Of a DNA stretch of 19,024 nt, positions 7,497-19,024 are shown in pieces. The stretch comes from an uncultured Deinococcales bacterium (GTDB lineage Bacteria; Deinococcota; Deinococci; Deinococcales; JAAFIG01). Location of the stretch: the NCBI GenBank assembly GCA_964244895.1, contig CAXTKV010000093.1, positions 1 through 19,024 on the forward strand, in the 5' to 3' direction. Numbering within the stretch: the first letter of the stretch is position 1; each line of letters starts with the position of its first letter. The translations under genes and the position numbers were made by a program. Below the pieces are notes generated by a model. The model saw nothing but the letters and a program-made list of their open reading frames with translations. It was not told where the DNA came from and did no database searches.

Positions 7497-8608
7497 CAGG
7501 CCCTCACGCCTTCAGCCAGCACCTTCTGGGATTCCTGGGTGCGCGTCTGGAGCTTTTCTCGTTTCTCCAGGGCTTGCAGGGCGTCCGTGATCGGGGTCAG
7601 GTCACCTTCCATCACCTGCGCCAGCGGCGCGTTCTTGGCGTCCCCCTCCAGGCGGTGGTCGGTCACGCGGTTCTGCGGGTAGTTGTAGGTTCTGATTTTT
7701 TCGGATCGGTCACCCGAACCGATCTGCGAGGCGCGAGCCTCGGAGCGTTCGCGCATGGATTTTTCGCGTTCGCGCTCGAACAACCTCGATCGGAGCACCG
7801 TCAGGGCTTTTTCTTTATTTTTAAGTTGGCTTCGCCCGTCCTGGCAGGTCACGACGATCTCGTCGGGCGTGCCCTCGCGGTAGACGATCCGCACGGCGCT
7901 GTCGGTCGTGTTGACGCCCTGACCGCCGTGCCCGCCGGAGCGGAAGACATCGATGCGAACCTCGGTCATGTCGAGCTTGACATCCACGTCCTCGGCTTCC
8001 GGCAGCACCGCCACGGTCGCGGTCGAGGTGTGAATCCGTCCCGCCGCTTCGGTCGCGGGCACGCGCTGGACGCGGTGAACGCCGGACTCGAACTTGAACT
8101 GGCGGTAGGCACCCGCCCCGCGAATTTCAAACGTGATCTTGGCGAAACCGCCCAGTTCCGAATCGTTGGAATCGAGCACCTCGAGCTTGAAGCCCGTGCG
8201 TTCAGAAAACCGCTGGTACATCCGAAATAAATCTGCCGCGAACAGCGCCGCTTCCGTGCCGCCCGTGCCGGAGCGAATCTCGACGATCACGTCGCGTTCG
8301 TCCGCCGGGTCTTTGGGCAAGGTCAACTCCTCGAAGCGCGCCTCGAGATCCGGGATCAACGCCTCGAAATGCACCACGTCGGCCCTGGCCAGTTCGCCCA
8401 GGTCTGGATCCAACACCAGCGTTCGGGCTTCCTCGAGTTGCAGGTTGGCTTCGTGCAATTCTCGCGCGATGCCGACGATCGGCGTCAACTCGCCGTAACG
8501 CCTGGAGAGCGCCTGGTACTGGGTCTGATCCGAGATCACCTGCGGATCGGCCAGCCGCGCCTCCAGGGACGCGAATTCCAAAAAGAGGGGTTCAAGGGTC
8601 GAGGTCAT
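7496..8608 (-). CDS. prfA: Peptide chain release factor 1
   Basis: FESGVHRVQRVPAT (PxT specificity motif of RF1), GGQ motif and RSEKIRTYNYPQNRVTDHR. Start placed at ATG 8608, 6 nt below TACCCT (minus strand, 8615-8620). Confidence 0.96.
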   Translation of the reverse strand: MTSTLEPLFLEFASLEARLADPQVISDQTQYQALSRRYGELTPIVGIARELHEANLQLEEARTLVLDPDLGELARADVVHFEALIPDLEARFEELTLPKDPADERDVIVEIRSGTGGTEAALFAADLFRMYQRFSERTGFKLEVLDSNDSELGGFAKITFEIRGAGAYRQFKFESGVHRVQRVPATEAAGRIHTSTATVAVLPEAEDVDVKLDMTEVRIDVFRSGGHGGQGVNTTDSAVRIVYREGTPDEIVVTCQDGRSQLKNKEKALTVLRSRLFEREREKSMRERSEARASQIGSGDRSEKIRTYNYPQNRVTDHRLEGDAKNAPLAQVMEGDLTPITDALQALEKREKLQTRTQESQKVLAEGVRA

Positions 8609-8663
8609 TGGCAAAGGGTACACCGCGAGTTTTAGCGCCACAAGAAGCCGGAAACGATGTGGT

Positions 8664-8700
8664 AGCCGCGAGCCGCAAGCCGCGAGCCTCGAGCCTCGAG
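8664..8700. repeat. Heptamer tandem repeat (AGCC[G/T]C[G/A]) x5
   Basis: agccgcg agccgca agccgcg agcctcg agcctcg ag. Confidence 0.75.
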
Positions 8701-8722
8701 ATTTTCAGGTTTCCAGCTCGAA

Positions 8723-8764
8723 AACACCGTCCAGCACGTCGCTCAAGAAATGACGTGCGGGACG
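8723..8764. repeat. REP-like inverted-repeat element (degenerate right arm)
   Basis: AACACCGTCCAGCACGTC ... GACGTGCGGGACG. Confidence 0.7.
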
Positions 8765-8776
8765 CTGCCGTTTGAT

Positions 8777-9220
8777 TCAGGTTGGGCGGATCACCAGCCA
8801 CGCGCCAGCCAGCAGGAGCGCGAAACCCGCCATCCGAACCGGGTCGAACGGGCGCACGTGAACCCCGAACCAGCCGAAGTGATCCACCACCGCAGCCGTC
8901 AACAATTGCCCCACGATCAGCGCGACCGTCGCGCCGGACACGCCGACGCGCGGCACGGCGAACCCGATGGCCGCGACCGTGACCAGACCGAAGGCCCCGG
9001 CGAACCACGCGTACCACGGTACGCCGCCCAACGCGCCCAGCTTGCCGCCCGCCATCAACGCGAGCGGAATGCCGGACAGGATCGCGCCGCCGAGATGCAC
9101 CACGAAGACGCTCTCGAGCGGCCCCAGACGGCCCGAGAGCATGCCGATCATCGGTGATTGCAACGCGATGCCGATACCGGCAATGAAGACGAAGACGGTG
9201 GCGATCAACGCGATGTTCAT
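8777..9220 (-). CDS. DMT-superfamily transporter (YdcZ/DUF606-like)
   Basis: About five hydrophobic helices; motifs AGIGIALQS, PWYAWFAGAFG and GQLLTAAVVDHFGWFG; GGAG SD upstream. Confidence 0.85.
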   Translation of the reverse strand: MNIALIATVFVFIAGIGIALQSPMIGMLSGRLGPLESVFVVHLGGAILSGIPLALMAGGKLGALGGVPWYAWFAGAFGLVTVAAIGFAVPRVGVSGATVALIVGQLLTAAVVDHFGWFGVHVRPFDPVRMAGFALLLAGAWLVIRPT

Positions 9221-9247
9221 GGGTTTCTCCGGTTCGATTGTCCCTGA

Positions 9248-9291
9248 AGACCGTTCGGGACGTGATTTCTAATTGGTGTGCTGGACGGTCT
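9248..9291. repeat. REP-like inverted-repeat element
   Basis: AGACCGTTCGGGAC ... GTGCTGGACGGTCT. Confidence 0.7.
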
Positions 9292-9493
9292 CTCCTGGGT
9301 ACTCGAGATAAGTTTGAGGGTTCGGGTGCGGCTCAATCAGTCGGGTTCTCGAGCCGATAGGTTGCTCGAGTTTTGGCGTCTGGGGGCTCGCCTGAGTGCC
9401 GAATCAGCCAGACTTCAGGGTATCCGGTGCGGTGCAAAACTTCCGCTCCATCGATTTCTGCTCGACGCGCAAATCAGCGCTTGCACGATTTGT

Positions 9494-11537
<2,044 letters not shown>

Positions 11538-11645
11538 GGCTCGCGGCGAGAGATGATTCCGAAGCGAAGCTGAGGTTCTCGCGGGGTGAATCTTGTTTTT
11601 GCCCTCGCGCGATCGCGGTGGGTTCGAGTTCAGCTCGCCTCGACT

Positions 11646-11708
11646 TTCTCGAGAACACCGTCCCACACGGTGTTCTCGAGAATCAAGCATTTGCGTGCTG
11701 GACGGTGT
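11646..11708. repeat. REP-like cluster between convergent genes
   Basis: Perfect 16-bp IR TTCTCGAGAACACCGT / ACGGTGTTCTCGAGAA (11646-11682), plus a third arm CGTGCTGGACGGTGT. Confidence 0.8.
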
Positions 11709-11711
11709 CCC

Positions 11712-12917
11712 TTAATCGGCACGCAGGATTAACGTCTTCAGGTACAGGCTTTCGGGGATTTGCAGAATCCACGGGTGATCCACGGGCTGAAAGCTCACGT
11801 CCAGAATCTCGAGTCTGCGTCCGGCGTCGCTGGCCGCGAAGCGCGTCGCCTCGATCAGATCGTCCAGTTTGATGTGAAACGCGCACGAGGACACGAACAC
11901 GATCCCGCCCGGACTGAGCATCTTCAGGACGTTCTTGGTCGCAATCGTGAAGATGCGTTTGGCCGCCGTGACTTCATCCTTGCGCTTGGCCAGGGTCGGT
12001 GGGTCGATGATGGCGTGCGTGAAGCTGCGCTTTTCGCGCACGAGTTGATCCAGCACCTCCAGCGCGTCCCCGAGCCGCGTGCCGATCCGAGATTCCAGGT
12101 TGTTGGCGCGCGCCATCGTCTCGAGCGTGGCCAGCGCGATGGGATCTTTATCGACCGCGAAGGCTGTCGCACCGCGTTTGGCGGCGTGCAAGGAAAACCC
12201 GCCCGTATAAGAATACACGTCCAGCACGCGGCTCGAGGCATCGACCATGCTCGCCAATCGGCGGCGGTTCTCGCGCTGGTCGAGGTAAAACCCAGTTTTT
12301 TGCCCCTGCGTCACGGAGAACCCGAGCTTCAGGTCGTCCTCGTGAAATGTGACGCGTTCCGGCACTTCGCCCCACAGCGCCCCAACCCGAGGCTCGAGCC
12401 CTTCTTTGTGGCGTTCGCTGGTGTCGGATCGCTCAAAAGCGCTCTGCGCGCCCGTCTCGAGCCGCAGCGCTTCCACGATCAGCTCGCGGTCGCGCTCGGT
12501 TCCGGCGTTCCTGAGTTGCACGCTCAGAAACGATCCGAATCGGTCGACAATCAAACCGGGCAAGCCGTCCGATTCGGCGTTGACCAGCCGCACCGCGTCC
12601 GTTCCGGGCAGCACCCCACGCTTTTGGATGGCGTTCATGATGCGCGTCCGGTAAAACCCCAGGTCGATCGTTTTGCGCTCCAGCGTCAGAATTCGTACCG
12701 GGAACGCTCCGTCCGGGTTGACGTAACCGCGCCCGATGAAGCCGCCGTTTTCGTCTACTACATCCACCACTTCCCCGTTGCCAGGTTGGCCATCAACCCG
12801 CAGCAGGTCGCTCCTGAAAACCCAGGGGTGGAAATTCTCGAGTCGCTTCCGGCTGGCCGATTTGACGATGGCTTGAGCGGTGGTTTTGGTTGGGCTCGAG
12901 GACTTCGGGGCGCTCAC
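11712..12917 (-). CDS. RlmI-family SAM-dependent rRNA m5C methyltransferase (PUA plus class I MTase domains)
   Basis: HPWVF, ESDGLPGLIVDRF, GQKTGFYLDQRENR, VLDVYSYTGGF, DPP and DHP...YLK. TAGGAT lies 6 nt upstream of the GTG. Confidence 0.9.
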   Translation of the reverse strand: MSAPKSSSPTKTTAQAIVKSASRKRLENFHPWVFRSDLLRVDGQPGNGEVVDVVDENGGFIGRGYVNPDGAFPVRILTLERKTIDLGFYRTRIMNAIQKRGVLPGTDAVRLVNAESDGLPGLIVDRFGSFLSVQLRNAGTERDRELIVEALRLETGAQSAFERSDTSERHKEGLEPRVGALWGEVPERVTFHEDDLKLGFSVTQGQKTGFYLDQRENRRRLASMVDASSRVLDVYSYTGGFSLHAAKRGATAFAVDKDPIALATLETMARANNLESRIGTRLGDALEVLDQLVREKRSFTHAIIDPPTLAKRKDEVTAAKRIFTIATKNVLKMLSPGGIVFVSSCAFHIKLDDLIEATRFAASDAGRRLEILDVSFQPVDHPWILQIPESLYLKTLILRAD

Positions 12918-13020
12918 CAGATGATCCTACCGTTCCTTTTCACCGTGATAACTTTGTGTCTCAGACGATTTACCGAACTCTCATTTTAGTGCAGCATGAT
13001 GTTCAAACGCGAGGTTCAAC

Positions 13021-13713
13021 GTGGAGACATTCCAGTCAACCCAGACGGAAGCCGTCATCCAGCCCGCCGTGCCTTCGTATTTGCCCGTGGCAGATCCGGA
13101 TTCGAGCGAGGTTCGCGTCGTCGTGCGTGCGCTCTGGCTCAAAGATCCGGCCACTTACGAACACTGCGTTCGCGTCTCCGAGTACGTCGGTGCGGTCGCC
13201 AGCGCGCTCGAGGTGCCTGATTTCATGCGCACCAGAATGCGCGGCGCGGCCTTCTTGCACGACATCGGTAAGCTTTGCGTTTCGCAGCCGGTGCTGGACG
13301 CAGATCGGGCGCTCAATCCTCACGAGCGCAGTCGCGTGCGCAGCCACGCGGTGATGGGCTACGAACTCTTGTGGGTCGTGCCCGGACTCGAAGGCTACGC
13401 GCACGCCGTCAGATCGCACCACGAACGCTGGGATGGCACGGGTTACCCGGATCACCTCTCCGGCACAGGTATTCCGTTGACCGCGCGCCTGATTGCCGTG
13501 GCAGATTCTTTTGATGTCATGACGAGCGGTCGCAGTTACGCCCCTTCAAAGTCGAATCTCGAGATCGTCAAGGATCTGGTTCGTGGCGCGTGGCGGCAGT
13601 TCGATCCGGGTGCGGTGCGCGTGTTCTTGCAGTCCTGGATCGATGGTCGTTTGCCCGGCGTTCAGAGACTCGACGGCGAGGCGCTGTCTCTGGCTCAGTA
13701 CGCCCTGGTTTGA
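13021..13713 (+). CDS. Stand-alone HD-GYP cyclic-dinucleotide phosphodiesterase
   Basis: TYEHCVRV, LHDIGK, HHERWDGTGYP and ARLIAVADSFDVMTSGRSY; GAGG SD before the GTG. Confidence 0.9.
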   Translation: METFQSTQTEAVIQPAVPSYLPVADPDSSEVRVVVRALWLKDPATYEHCVRVSEYVGAVASALEVPDFMRTRMRGAAFLHDIGKLCVSQPVLDADRALNPHERSRVRSHAVMGYELLWVVPGLEGYAHAVRSHHERWDGTGYPDHLSGTGIPLTARLIAVADSFDVMTSGRSYAPSKSNLEIVKDLVRGAWRQFDPGAVRVFLQSWIDGRLPGVQRLDGEALSLAQYALV

Positions 13714-13937
13714 GCGATTTGCGGTGTTCATGGTGATTGAAGTCGGGCTCGAGCCGAGTTCTGTCGAGTCTTGATGGCTGGTGAACGTACCGAAATTCCG
13801 ATTGTTTTCGAGCCGATTTAATGTCGGTGTGGCCAATCCTGATGACCGTCACTCGGGTGCTTTCTCGACCTCGCTCTCGGCTCTGGACATCGTGGTACAT
13901 TCCAGGAACGAGGGTTTTTCTTGACTTACCACGATAA

Positions 13938-13966
13938 GTGAAAAGTCGCACGAGCTGTGGTATGGT
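13938..13966 (+). promoter_or_regulatory. Putative nuo operon promoter
   Basis: GTGAAA-N17-TATGGT, with an extended -10 TG. Confidence 0.35.
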
Positions 13967-13983
13967 TGTCATACTCGAGAGGA

Positions 13984-14346
13984 GTGGATTCCATCAACGA
14001 ATTCCTGAACGTCATCATCATGCTGATCGTCGCCGCGGGCATCGGCGTGCTGGCGCTGATGGTCGGCGCGGTTCTGGGACCAAAAAAGCCCAGCCGAACC
14101 AAGCTCATGCCCTACGAGTCCGGCAACGACCCGATCGGCGCGACCCCGCAACGCTTTCCGGTTCACTTCTACCTGGTCGCCATGCTCTTCATCATCTTCG
14201 ACATCGAGACCGCATTCTTTTATCCGCTCGCCATCGCGTACAACAAGCTCGGCGTGTTCGCCTTCTGGGAAGCGCTCGCGTTCGTGGCCTTGGTCGCGGT
14301 CGGCTATTTCTACATCCTCAAGAAGGGCGTGCTCGAGTGGAAGTGA
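13984..14346 (+). CDS. nuoA: NADH-quinone oxidoreductase subunit A
   Basis: [22 protein letters not shown] and KKGVLEW. Start uncertain (GTG 13984 or 13957). Confidence 0.95.
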   Translation: MDSINEFLNVIIMLIVAAGIGVLALMVGAVLGPKKPSRTKLMPYESGNDPIGATPQRFPVHFYLVAMLFIIFDIETAFFYPLAIAYNKLGVFAFWEALAFVALVAVGYFYILKKGVLEWK

Positions 14347-14371
14347 TTCACCCTCGGGCGGGAGCGTGCGT

Positions 14372-14911
14372 ATGCCGGGATTGAAGGATCTGTTCGAGAA
14401 GGACGTGCAAGAACTCGAGAACGAGGGCATCCTGTTTTCCAGCCTGGAAAAGCTCGTGGCCTGGGGCAGAAGCAACTCCTTGTGGCCCGCAAGTTTCGGT
14501 CTGGCCTGCTGCGCGATCGAGATGATGGCCTCGACGGACGCGCGCAACGACCTGGCGCGCTTCGGTTCCGAAGTCTTTCGCGCCAGCCCGCGCCAATCCG
14601 ACGTGATGATCGTGGCTGGGCGCCTCTCAAAGAAGATGGCTCCCGTCATGCGCCGCGTTTACGACCAGATGCCCGATCCAAAATGGGTCATCTCGATGGG
14701 CGCCTGCGCGTCTTCGGGCGGCATGTTCAACAATTACGCCATCGTACAGAACGTCGATTCTGTCGTTCCGGTCGATGTTTTCGTGCCCGGTTGCCCGCCG
14801 CGCCCGGAGGGACTGATTTACGGCGTGATGCAACTGCAGAAAAAAATTCGCGGCGAATCCATAGACGATTTCGGCACGCCCCTGCCGATGGTCGAGGCCT
14901 GGACGCGATGA
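14372..14911 (+). CDS. nuoB: NADH-quinone oxidoreductase subunit B
   Basis: [29 protein letters not shown] and [15 protein letters not shown] before ATG 14372. Confidence 0.97.
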   Translation: MPGLKDLFEKDVQELENEGILFSSLEKLVAWGRSNSLWPASFGLACCAIEMMASTDARNDLARFGSEVFRASPRQSDVMIVAGRLSKKMAPVMRRVYDQMPDPKWVISMGACASSGGMFNNYAIVQNVDSVVPVDVFVPGCPPRPEGLIYGVMQLQKKIRGESIDDFGTPLPMVEAWTR

Positions 14912-15546
14912 GCGCCGTCAGCCTCGAGCGGGCGCTCGAACTCGCCAAAACGCGCGGGTACACCGTCCACGACCCGAAAGAAAATCCGTTTCACACGGTG
15001 ATCGCGCCCAGGGACACGTACAAGGCGTACCTGTTTGAACTGAAAGCCGCCGGGTTCCGCTTGCTGTCCGACGTGCTGGGGATTGACTATCTGGAGCACA
15101 CGGAGTTCATGCCTGAACGCTTCGCGGTCGTTTACAACCTGACCAATCCGGCCACCGCCGAGCGCGTGCTGGTCAAGGTCTTCGTGCCGGACGCAGTGAA
15201 ATTGCCCAGCGTCACGGACTTGTGGGGCACCGCCGACTGGCACGAGCGCGAGGTCTACGACCTGTTCGGCATCGAGTTCGAGGGTCATCCCGACCTCAGA
15301 AAAATCCTGACGCCCGAGGATCTGGATGGGCATCCGTTGCGCAAGGACTTCCCGCTCGGTGAATCGCCGACGCTCTTCCGCGAGGGGCGCTTCATCGATC
15401 CAGCCGCCTTCCGCGCGGGTTTGACCGGCAAGGATTCCGGCTTGACCGGCTGGCGCGGTGGCTCGCGCATCGATTCGAGTTTGACGCCGAAACTGCCGAC
15501 GGATTCGCCCACCAGCATGGTCAAACCCGCGCGGGGAGAGAACTGA
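14908..15546 (+). CDS. nuoC: NADH-quinone oxidoreductase subunit C
   Basis: [26 protein letters not shown]...[13 protein letters not shown] overlap with the nuoB stop. Confidence 0.95.
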   Translation: MSAVSLERALELAKTRGYTVHDPKENPFHTVIAPRDTYKAYLFELKAAGFRLLSDVLGIDYLEHTEFMPERFAVVYNLTNPATAERVLVKVFVPDAVKLPSVTDLWGTADWHEREVYDLFGIEFEGHPDLRKILTPEDLDGHPLRKDFPLGESPTLFREGRFIDPAAFRAGLTGKDSGLTGWRGGSRIDSSLTPKLPTDSPTSMVKPARGEN

Positions 15547-15550
15547 TGCC

Positions 15551-15606
15551 GCAAGAACACCGTCCAGGACGCAATATTCAATTCGTGTGCGGGACGGTGT
15601 TCCTGC
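15551..15606. repeat. REP-like inverted-repeat element inside the nuo operon (nuoC-nuoD)
   Basis: GCAAGAACACCGTCCAGGAC ... GTGCGGGACGGTGTTCCTGC. Confidence 0.8.
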
Positions 15607-15631
15607 GCAGGGATGCTCGAGAGGTGCGCGT

Positions 15632-16903
15632 ATGACCACACCCGCAGAACGACCGAAGAAAGCACCGAAACTCGAGTCTCGAGCCGAAGTCGCGCTGCCG
15701 GAGCGCTCGAACCTGGTCGGCGGCTCGGGCTTGCTGCACACGGAAACCATGACCCTGAACGTCGGGCCGCAGCACCCGAGCACGCACGGCGTGTTGCGCG
15801 TCGTGGTGGACATGGAAGGCGAGAACGTCACCAAAGTCGTGCCGCACATCGGGTATCTGCACTCGGGCTTCGAAAAGACGATGGAGAACCGCACGTACAC
15901 GCAGAACTTCACCTTCGCGCCGCGCATGGATTACCTGCACGGCCTGGCTTACGAGCTGGCGCTGGCCTTGCCGGTCGAGCGATTGACCGACGCGAAAGTG
16001 CCCGAGCGCGCCCAGGTCATCCGCGTGATGATGACCGAACTCAACCGCATCTCGAGCCACACGGTCTTTTTTGGTACGGGATTGCTGGACTTGGGCGCGA
16101 TCTCGCCGTTCTTTTACTGGTTCAAGGACCGCGAATCGGTCCTCGATCTGCTCGAGATGGCGGGCGGCCAGCGCATGCACCAGGCGTACTTCCGCGTCGG
16201 CGGCCTGGCGCGCGACCTGCCGAGCGGCTTCGAGGACGCTGTGCGCGCCTTCCTGAACGGCTTCGAGGATCGCGTCGCCCAGATGCGTGGGCTGTTCATC
16301 AGCAACCCGATCTTCCTCGAGCGCACCGAAGGCGTCGGTACGATCACCGCCGATGAAGCGCTCGACCTGGGATTGACCGGGCCGAACTTGCGCGCCTCCG
16401 GTGTGAACCTGGACTACCGCAAGCTTGCGCCGTACTCCGGCTACGAGCACTACGATTTCGACGTGCCAGTCGGCACGAACGGCGATTGCCTGGACCGTTT
16501 CACGGTGCGTTTGGATGAAATCATCCAGAGCGTCAAGATCGTGCGGCAGTGCCTCGAACGCCTGCGCCCCGGCCCCGTGCAAGACCCGAACCGCAAGATC
16601 ACGCCGCCCCCGCGCGAGGAACTCGAGACCTCGATGGAGGCCGTGATCCACCACTTCAAGCTCGTGACCGAGGGCTTTCACCCCGCCAGGGGCGAAGCCT
16701 ACGTGCCGACCGAATCTGCTCGCGGCGAGTTGGGCGCGTACATCGTCAGCGACGGCGGTTCGATGCCGTACCGCATCAAGTGGCGCGCACCGAGCTTCGT
16801 CAACCTGCAAGCCCTGCCGCACGCCGGCAAGGGCGGTTTGTTCGCCGATTTGATCACCGTCATTGCCAGCCTCGACCCCGTCATGGGCGACGTGGATCGG
16901 TAA
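15632..16903 (+). CDS. nuoD: NADH-quinone oxidoreductase subunit D
   Basis: [33 protein letters not shown] and [17 protein letters not shown] before ATG 15632. Confidence 0.97.
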   Translation: MTTPAERPKKAPKLESRAEVALPERSNLVGGSGLLHTETMTLNVGPQHPSTHGVLRVVVDMEGENVTKVVPHIGYLHSGFEKTMENRTYTQNFTFAPRMDYLHGLAYELALALPVERLTDAKVPERAQVIRVMMTELNRISSHTVFFGTGLLDLGAISPFFYWFKDRESVLDLLEMAGGQRMHQAYFRVGGLARDLPSGFEDAVRAFLNGFEDRVAQMRGLFISNPIFLERTEGVGTITADEALDLGLTGPNLRASGVNLDYRKLAPYSGYEHYDFDVPVGTNGDCLDRFTVRLDEIIQSVKIVRQCLERLRPGPVQDPNRKITPPPREELETSMEAVIHHFKLVTEGFHPARGEAYVPTESARGELGAYIVSDGGSMPYRIKWRAPSFVNLQALPHAGKGGLFADLITVIASLDPVMGDVDR

Positions 16904-16915
16904 GGGAGAGACCGC

Positions 16916-17533
16916 ATGGGATTCTTCAGCGACAAACCCGCGCAGCTCCAGGACATCCTCTCGAGATACCCCGCCGACCGCAAGCGCAGCGCCGTCATGC
17001 CGCTCCTGCGCATCGTCCAGACCAGCGAGGGCTACATCTCGGATGACCGCATCCGCGAGATCGCCGAGATCATCGAATCCACCCCGACCGAAGTCAAATC
17101 CGTCATGAGCTTCTACAGCACCTACTACGAACTCCCGACCGGCAAGTACCACCTGCAGGTCTGCATGACGCTCTCCTGCGCGCTGGTCGGGTCGGATCAG
17201 GTCTGGGATCATTTACAAGACAAGCTCGAGATCGGCCCCGGCGAGGTCACGCCGGACGGCCTGTTCAGTTTGCAGCGCGTCGAGTGCCTGGGATCGTGCG
17301 GAACCGGCCCCGCGATTCAGGTCTCCGACGAAGGTTATTTTGAGCGATTGACCAAAAAGCGGCTCGAGGCGCTCCTGGACGACCTCAAGGCTCGAGGCGA
17401 CGGTAGCCTGCCCGAGAGCGATGTGCGCTCGCCCGTGACCGTTGTGCGCGAGGCGGACGGACGCGTCGGGCAGATGACGGCGGACGGCCAGATCGTGTAC
17501 TTCGCGCCCACAACCCCCGGTGGTGCATCGTGA
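16916..17533 (+). CDS. nuoE: NADH-quinone oxidoreductase subunit E
   Basis: SAVMPLL, VMSFYSTY, and 2Fe-2S ligands VCMTLSC and ECLGSC. Confidence 0.95.
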   Translation: MGFFSDKPAQLQDILSRYPADRKRSAVMPLLRIVQTSEGYISDDRIREIAEIIESTPTEVKSVMSFYSTYYELPTGKYHLQVCMTLSCALVGSDQVWDHLQDKLEIGPGEVTPDGLFSLQRVECLGSCGTGPAIQVSDEGYFERLTKKRLEALLDDLKARGDGSLPESDVRSPVTVVREADGRVGQMTADGQIVYFAPTTPGGAS

Positions 17534-17548
17534 GGCTCGCGCTCGAGG

Positions 17549-17594
17549 AACACCGTCCTGAACGCACACCGAAACTCGCGTGCTGGACGGTGTT
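17549..17594. repeat. REP-like inverted-repeat element (nuoE-nuoF)
   Basis: AACACCGTCCTGAACGC ... GCGTGCTGGACGGTGTT. Confidence 0.8.
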
Positions 17595-17601
17595 TACGGA
17601 A

Positions 17602-17677
17602 GGGGTCAAGGGTGAAAGGTCAAAGGTCAAAGGAACCCCAGCCCTGACTTTTACCCTTCACCGTTCACCTTTCACCT
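17602..17677. repeat. Inverted pair of heptamer tandem arrays
   Basis: ggggtca agggtga aaggtca aaggtca on the left; ttaccct tcaccgt tcacctt tcacct (the reverse-complement unit) on the right. Confidence 0.75.
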
Positions 17678-17699
17678 GCCTTTCCCGAGGAGGAAACGC

Positions 17700-19024
17700 A
17701 TGACCGCCACCATTGAAGCCCCCGAGAAACCCAAACCGATCACCTCGGGACTCGACCCGCGCTTCCGCGTGCGATTGTACGAACACGTCGGCGTGGCGGG
17801 ATCGTGGACGCTCGAGTACGCCCAGAAAAACGGTGCTTACGAGGGCGCGAAAAAAGCCCTCGGATTGACCCCGGAGCAGGTTCAGGACGAGGTCAAGAAA
17901 TCTGGCCTGCGCGGTCGCGGCGGCGCGGGATTCCCGACCGGCCTGAAATGGTCGTTCATGCCCAAAGACGACGGTAAGCAGCACTACCTGGTCTGCAACG
18001 CCGACGAGTCCGAACCGGGCACGTACAAGGATCGCTACCTGATCGAGCAGGACCCGCACCAACTCATTGAAGGCATGCTGATCGGCATGCACGCCATGCG
18101 CGCGACCGTCGGATACATCTACATTCGCGGCGAGTACATCCTGGCCGCCAGACGGCTTGAGGCCGCGATCGCGGAAGCCAGACAAGCCGGTATCGTCGGT
18201 GAAAACGCGTTGGGCTTCGGCAAGCGCATGGACGTTTTTGTTCACCGGGGCGCGGGCGCGTACATCTGCGGTGAGGAAACCGCGCTGATGAACTCGCTCG
18301 AGGGTCTGCGCGCCAACCCGAGATTGAAGCCGCCCTTCCCGGCTCAGGCGGGCATCTTCGGGATGCCCACAACCGTCAACAACGTCATCTCCATCGCCAG
18401 CGCCGCGCTGATCATGCGCCACGGTGCGGACTGGTTCGCGGGGATGGGCACGGAAAAATCCAAGGGCAACTTCTTGTTCCACATCTCCGGCCCGGTCAAA
18501 CGCCCCGGCGTCTACGAACTGCCCCTGGGCACGACCTATCGCGAGATCATCTACACCTGGGGCGGCGGCCCAACCGAAGAAATCAAAGGCTTCAACCCCG
18601 GCGGCTCGAGCACACCGATTCTGCCGTGGACGGACGAAATTCTGGACATGCCCGCCGACTACGAGAACTGCGCCGCCAAAGGTACGTTCCTGGGTACGGG
18701 CGGAATCATCTTGCTCCCGAAGAATTGCGACATCGTCAACATGATGTACAACTACGTCCGCTTCTACGCCCACGAATCCTGCGGCAAGTGCACGCCGTGC
18801 CGCGAGGGCATCGCGGGCTGGATGACGCGCATCATGGAAAAGCTCGTGTCCGGTCAGGGCGAACTGCGCGATGTGAAAATTCTCGAGGATTTGTTCGGCA
18901 ACATCAAAGGCAAGTCATTCTGTCTGCTGGCCGATTCGTGCATCATGCCCGTACAGGCCGCGTACAAGCTCTTCCGCGAGGAATTCGATTACATCGCCGA
19001 GAAGCGCGAACCGATGTACAAGGG
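17700..19024 (+). CDS. nuoF: NADH-quinone oxidoreductase subunit F, 3'-truncated by the window edge (absent from the ORF track)
   Basis: GAGGAGG SD before ATG 17700. Manual translation gives [41 protein letters not shown] and [13 protein letters not shown]. Confidence 0.96.
   Translation, partial: MTATIEAPEKPKPITSGLDPRFRVRLYEHVGVAGSWTLEYAQKNGAYEGAKKALGLTPEQVQDEVKKSGLRGRGGAGFPTGLKWSFMPKDDGKQHYLVCNADESEPGTYKDRYLIEQDPHQLIEGMLIGMHAMRATVGYIYIRGEYILAARRLEAAIAEARQAGIVGENALGFGKRMDVFVHRGAGAYICGEETALMNSLEGLRANPRLKPPFPAQAGIFGMPTTVNNVISIASAALIMRHGADWFAGMGTEKSKGNFLFHISGPVKRPGVYELPLGTTYREIIYTWGGGPTEEIKGFNPGGSSTPILPWTDEILDMPADYENCAAKGTFLGTGGIILLPKNCDIVNMMYNYVRFYAHESCGKCTPCREGIAGWMTRIMEKLVSGQGELRDVKILEDLFGNIKGKSFCLLADSCIMPVQAAYKLFREEFDYIAEKREPMYK

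Noticed and set aside
7496..8608. prfB with a programmed frameshift
   Set aside because: The PAT (PxT) motif and continuous frame identify RF1.
9295..9490. Possible riboswitch between guaB and the DMT transporter
   Set aside because: Only a modest GTCTGG / CCAGAC stem. I recognise no purine, guanidine or other aptamer consensus on the minus strand.
11560..11640. Imperfect long hairpin after the hypothetical gene as an ncRNA
   Set aside because: Interrupted GC-rich pairing between convergent genes; adequately explained as 3'-UTR structure or chance.
14482..14907. Long N-terminal extension of NuoC, and the GTG 15587 start for NuoD
   Set aside because: The NuoC extension is an alternative frame of nuoB, and the NuoD start lies in a repeat. 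Better starts are 14908 (ATGA overlap) and 15632 (SD).

Overview
GC-rich bacterial chromosomal window, most likely Deinococcota. This is inferred from the protein style and from many apparently leaderless genes with a TAnnnT box 5-7 nt before the start codon. In order it holds: a 5'-truncated polyferredoxin; an unannotated 44-aa secreted-peptide gene with its own SD and terminator, directly upstream of a cytoplasmic TPR-GGDEF diguanylate cyclase; murI-rph and a DinB-like gene; a small TPR-like gene divergent from a DUF4388/PatA_N-linker-Roadblock fusion with an internal in-frame start; prfA-Nudix; a DMT transporter; guaB; a hypothetical gene; an RlmI-like methyltransferase; a stand-alone HD-GYP phosphodiesterase; and nuoABCDE plus 3'-truncated nuoF. 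Most longer intergenic gaps carry a REP-like inverted-repeat family (AACACCGTCCAG[C/G]AC...GT[G/C]CTGGACGGTGTT), and the palindrome CTCGAG is strongly over-represented. The best candidate for a new system is the secreted peptide plus TPR-diguanylate cyclase pair, which resembles RRNPP/Rap-Phr peptide signalling wired to c-di-GMP. All calls come from reading motifs by eye; no database searches were run.
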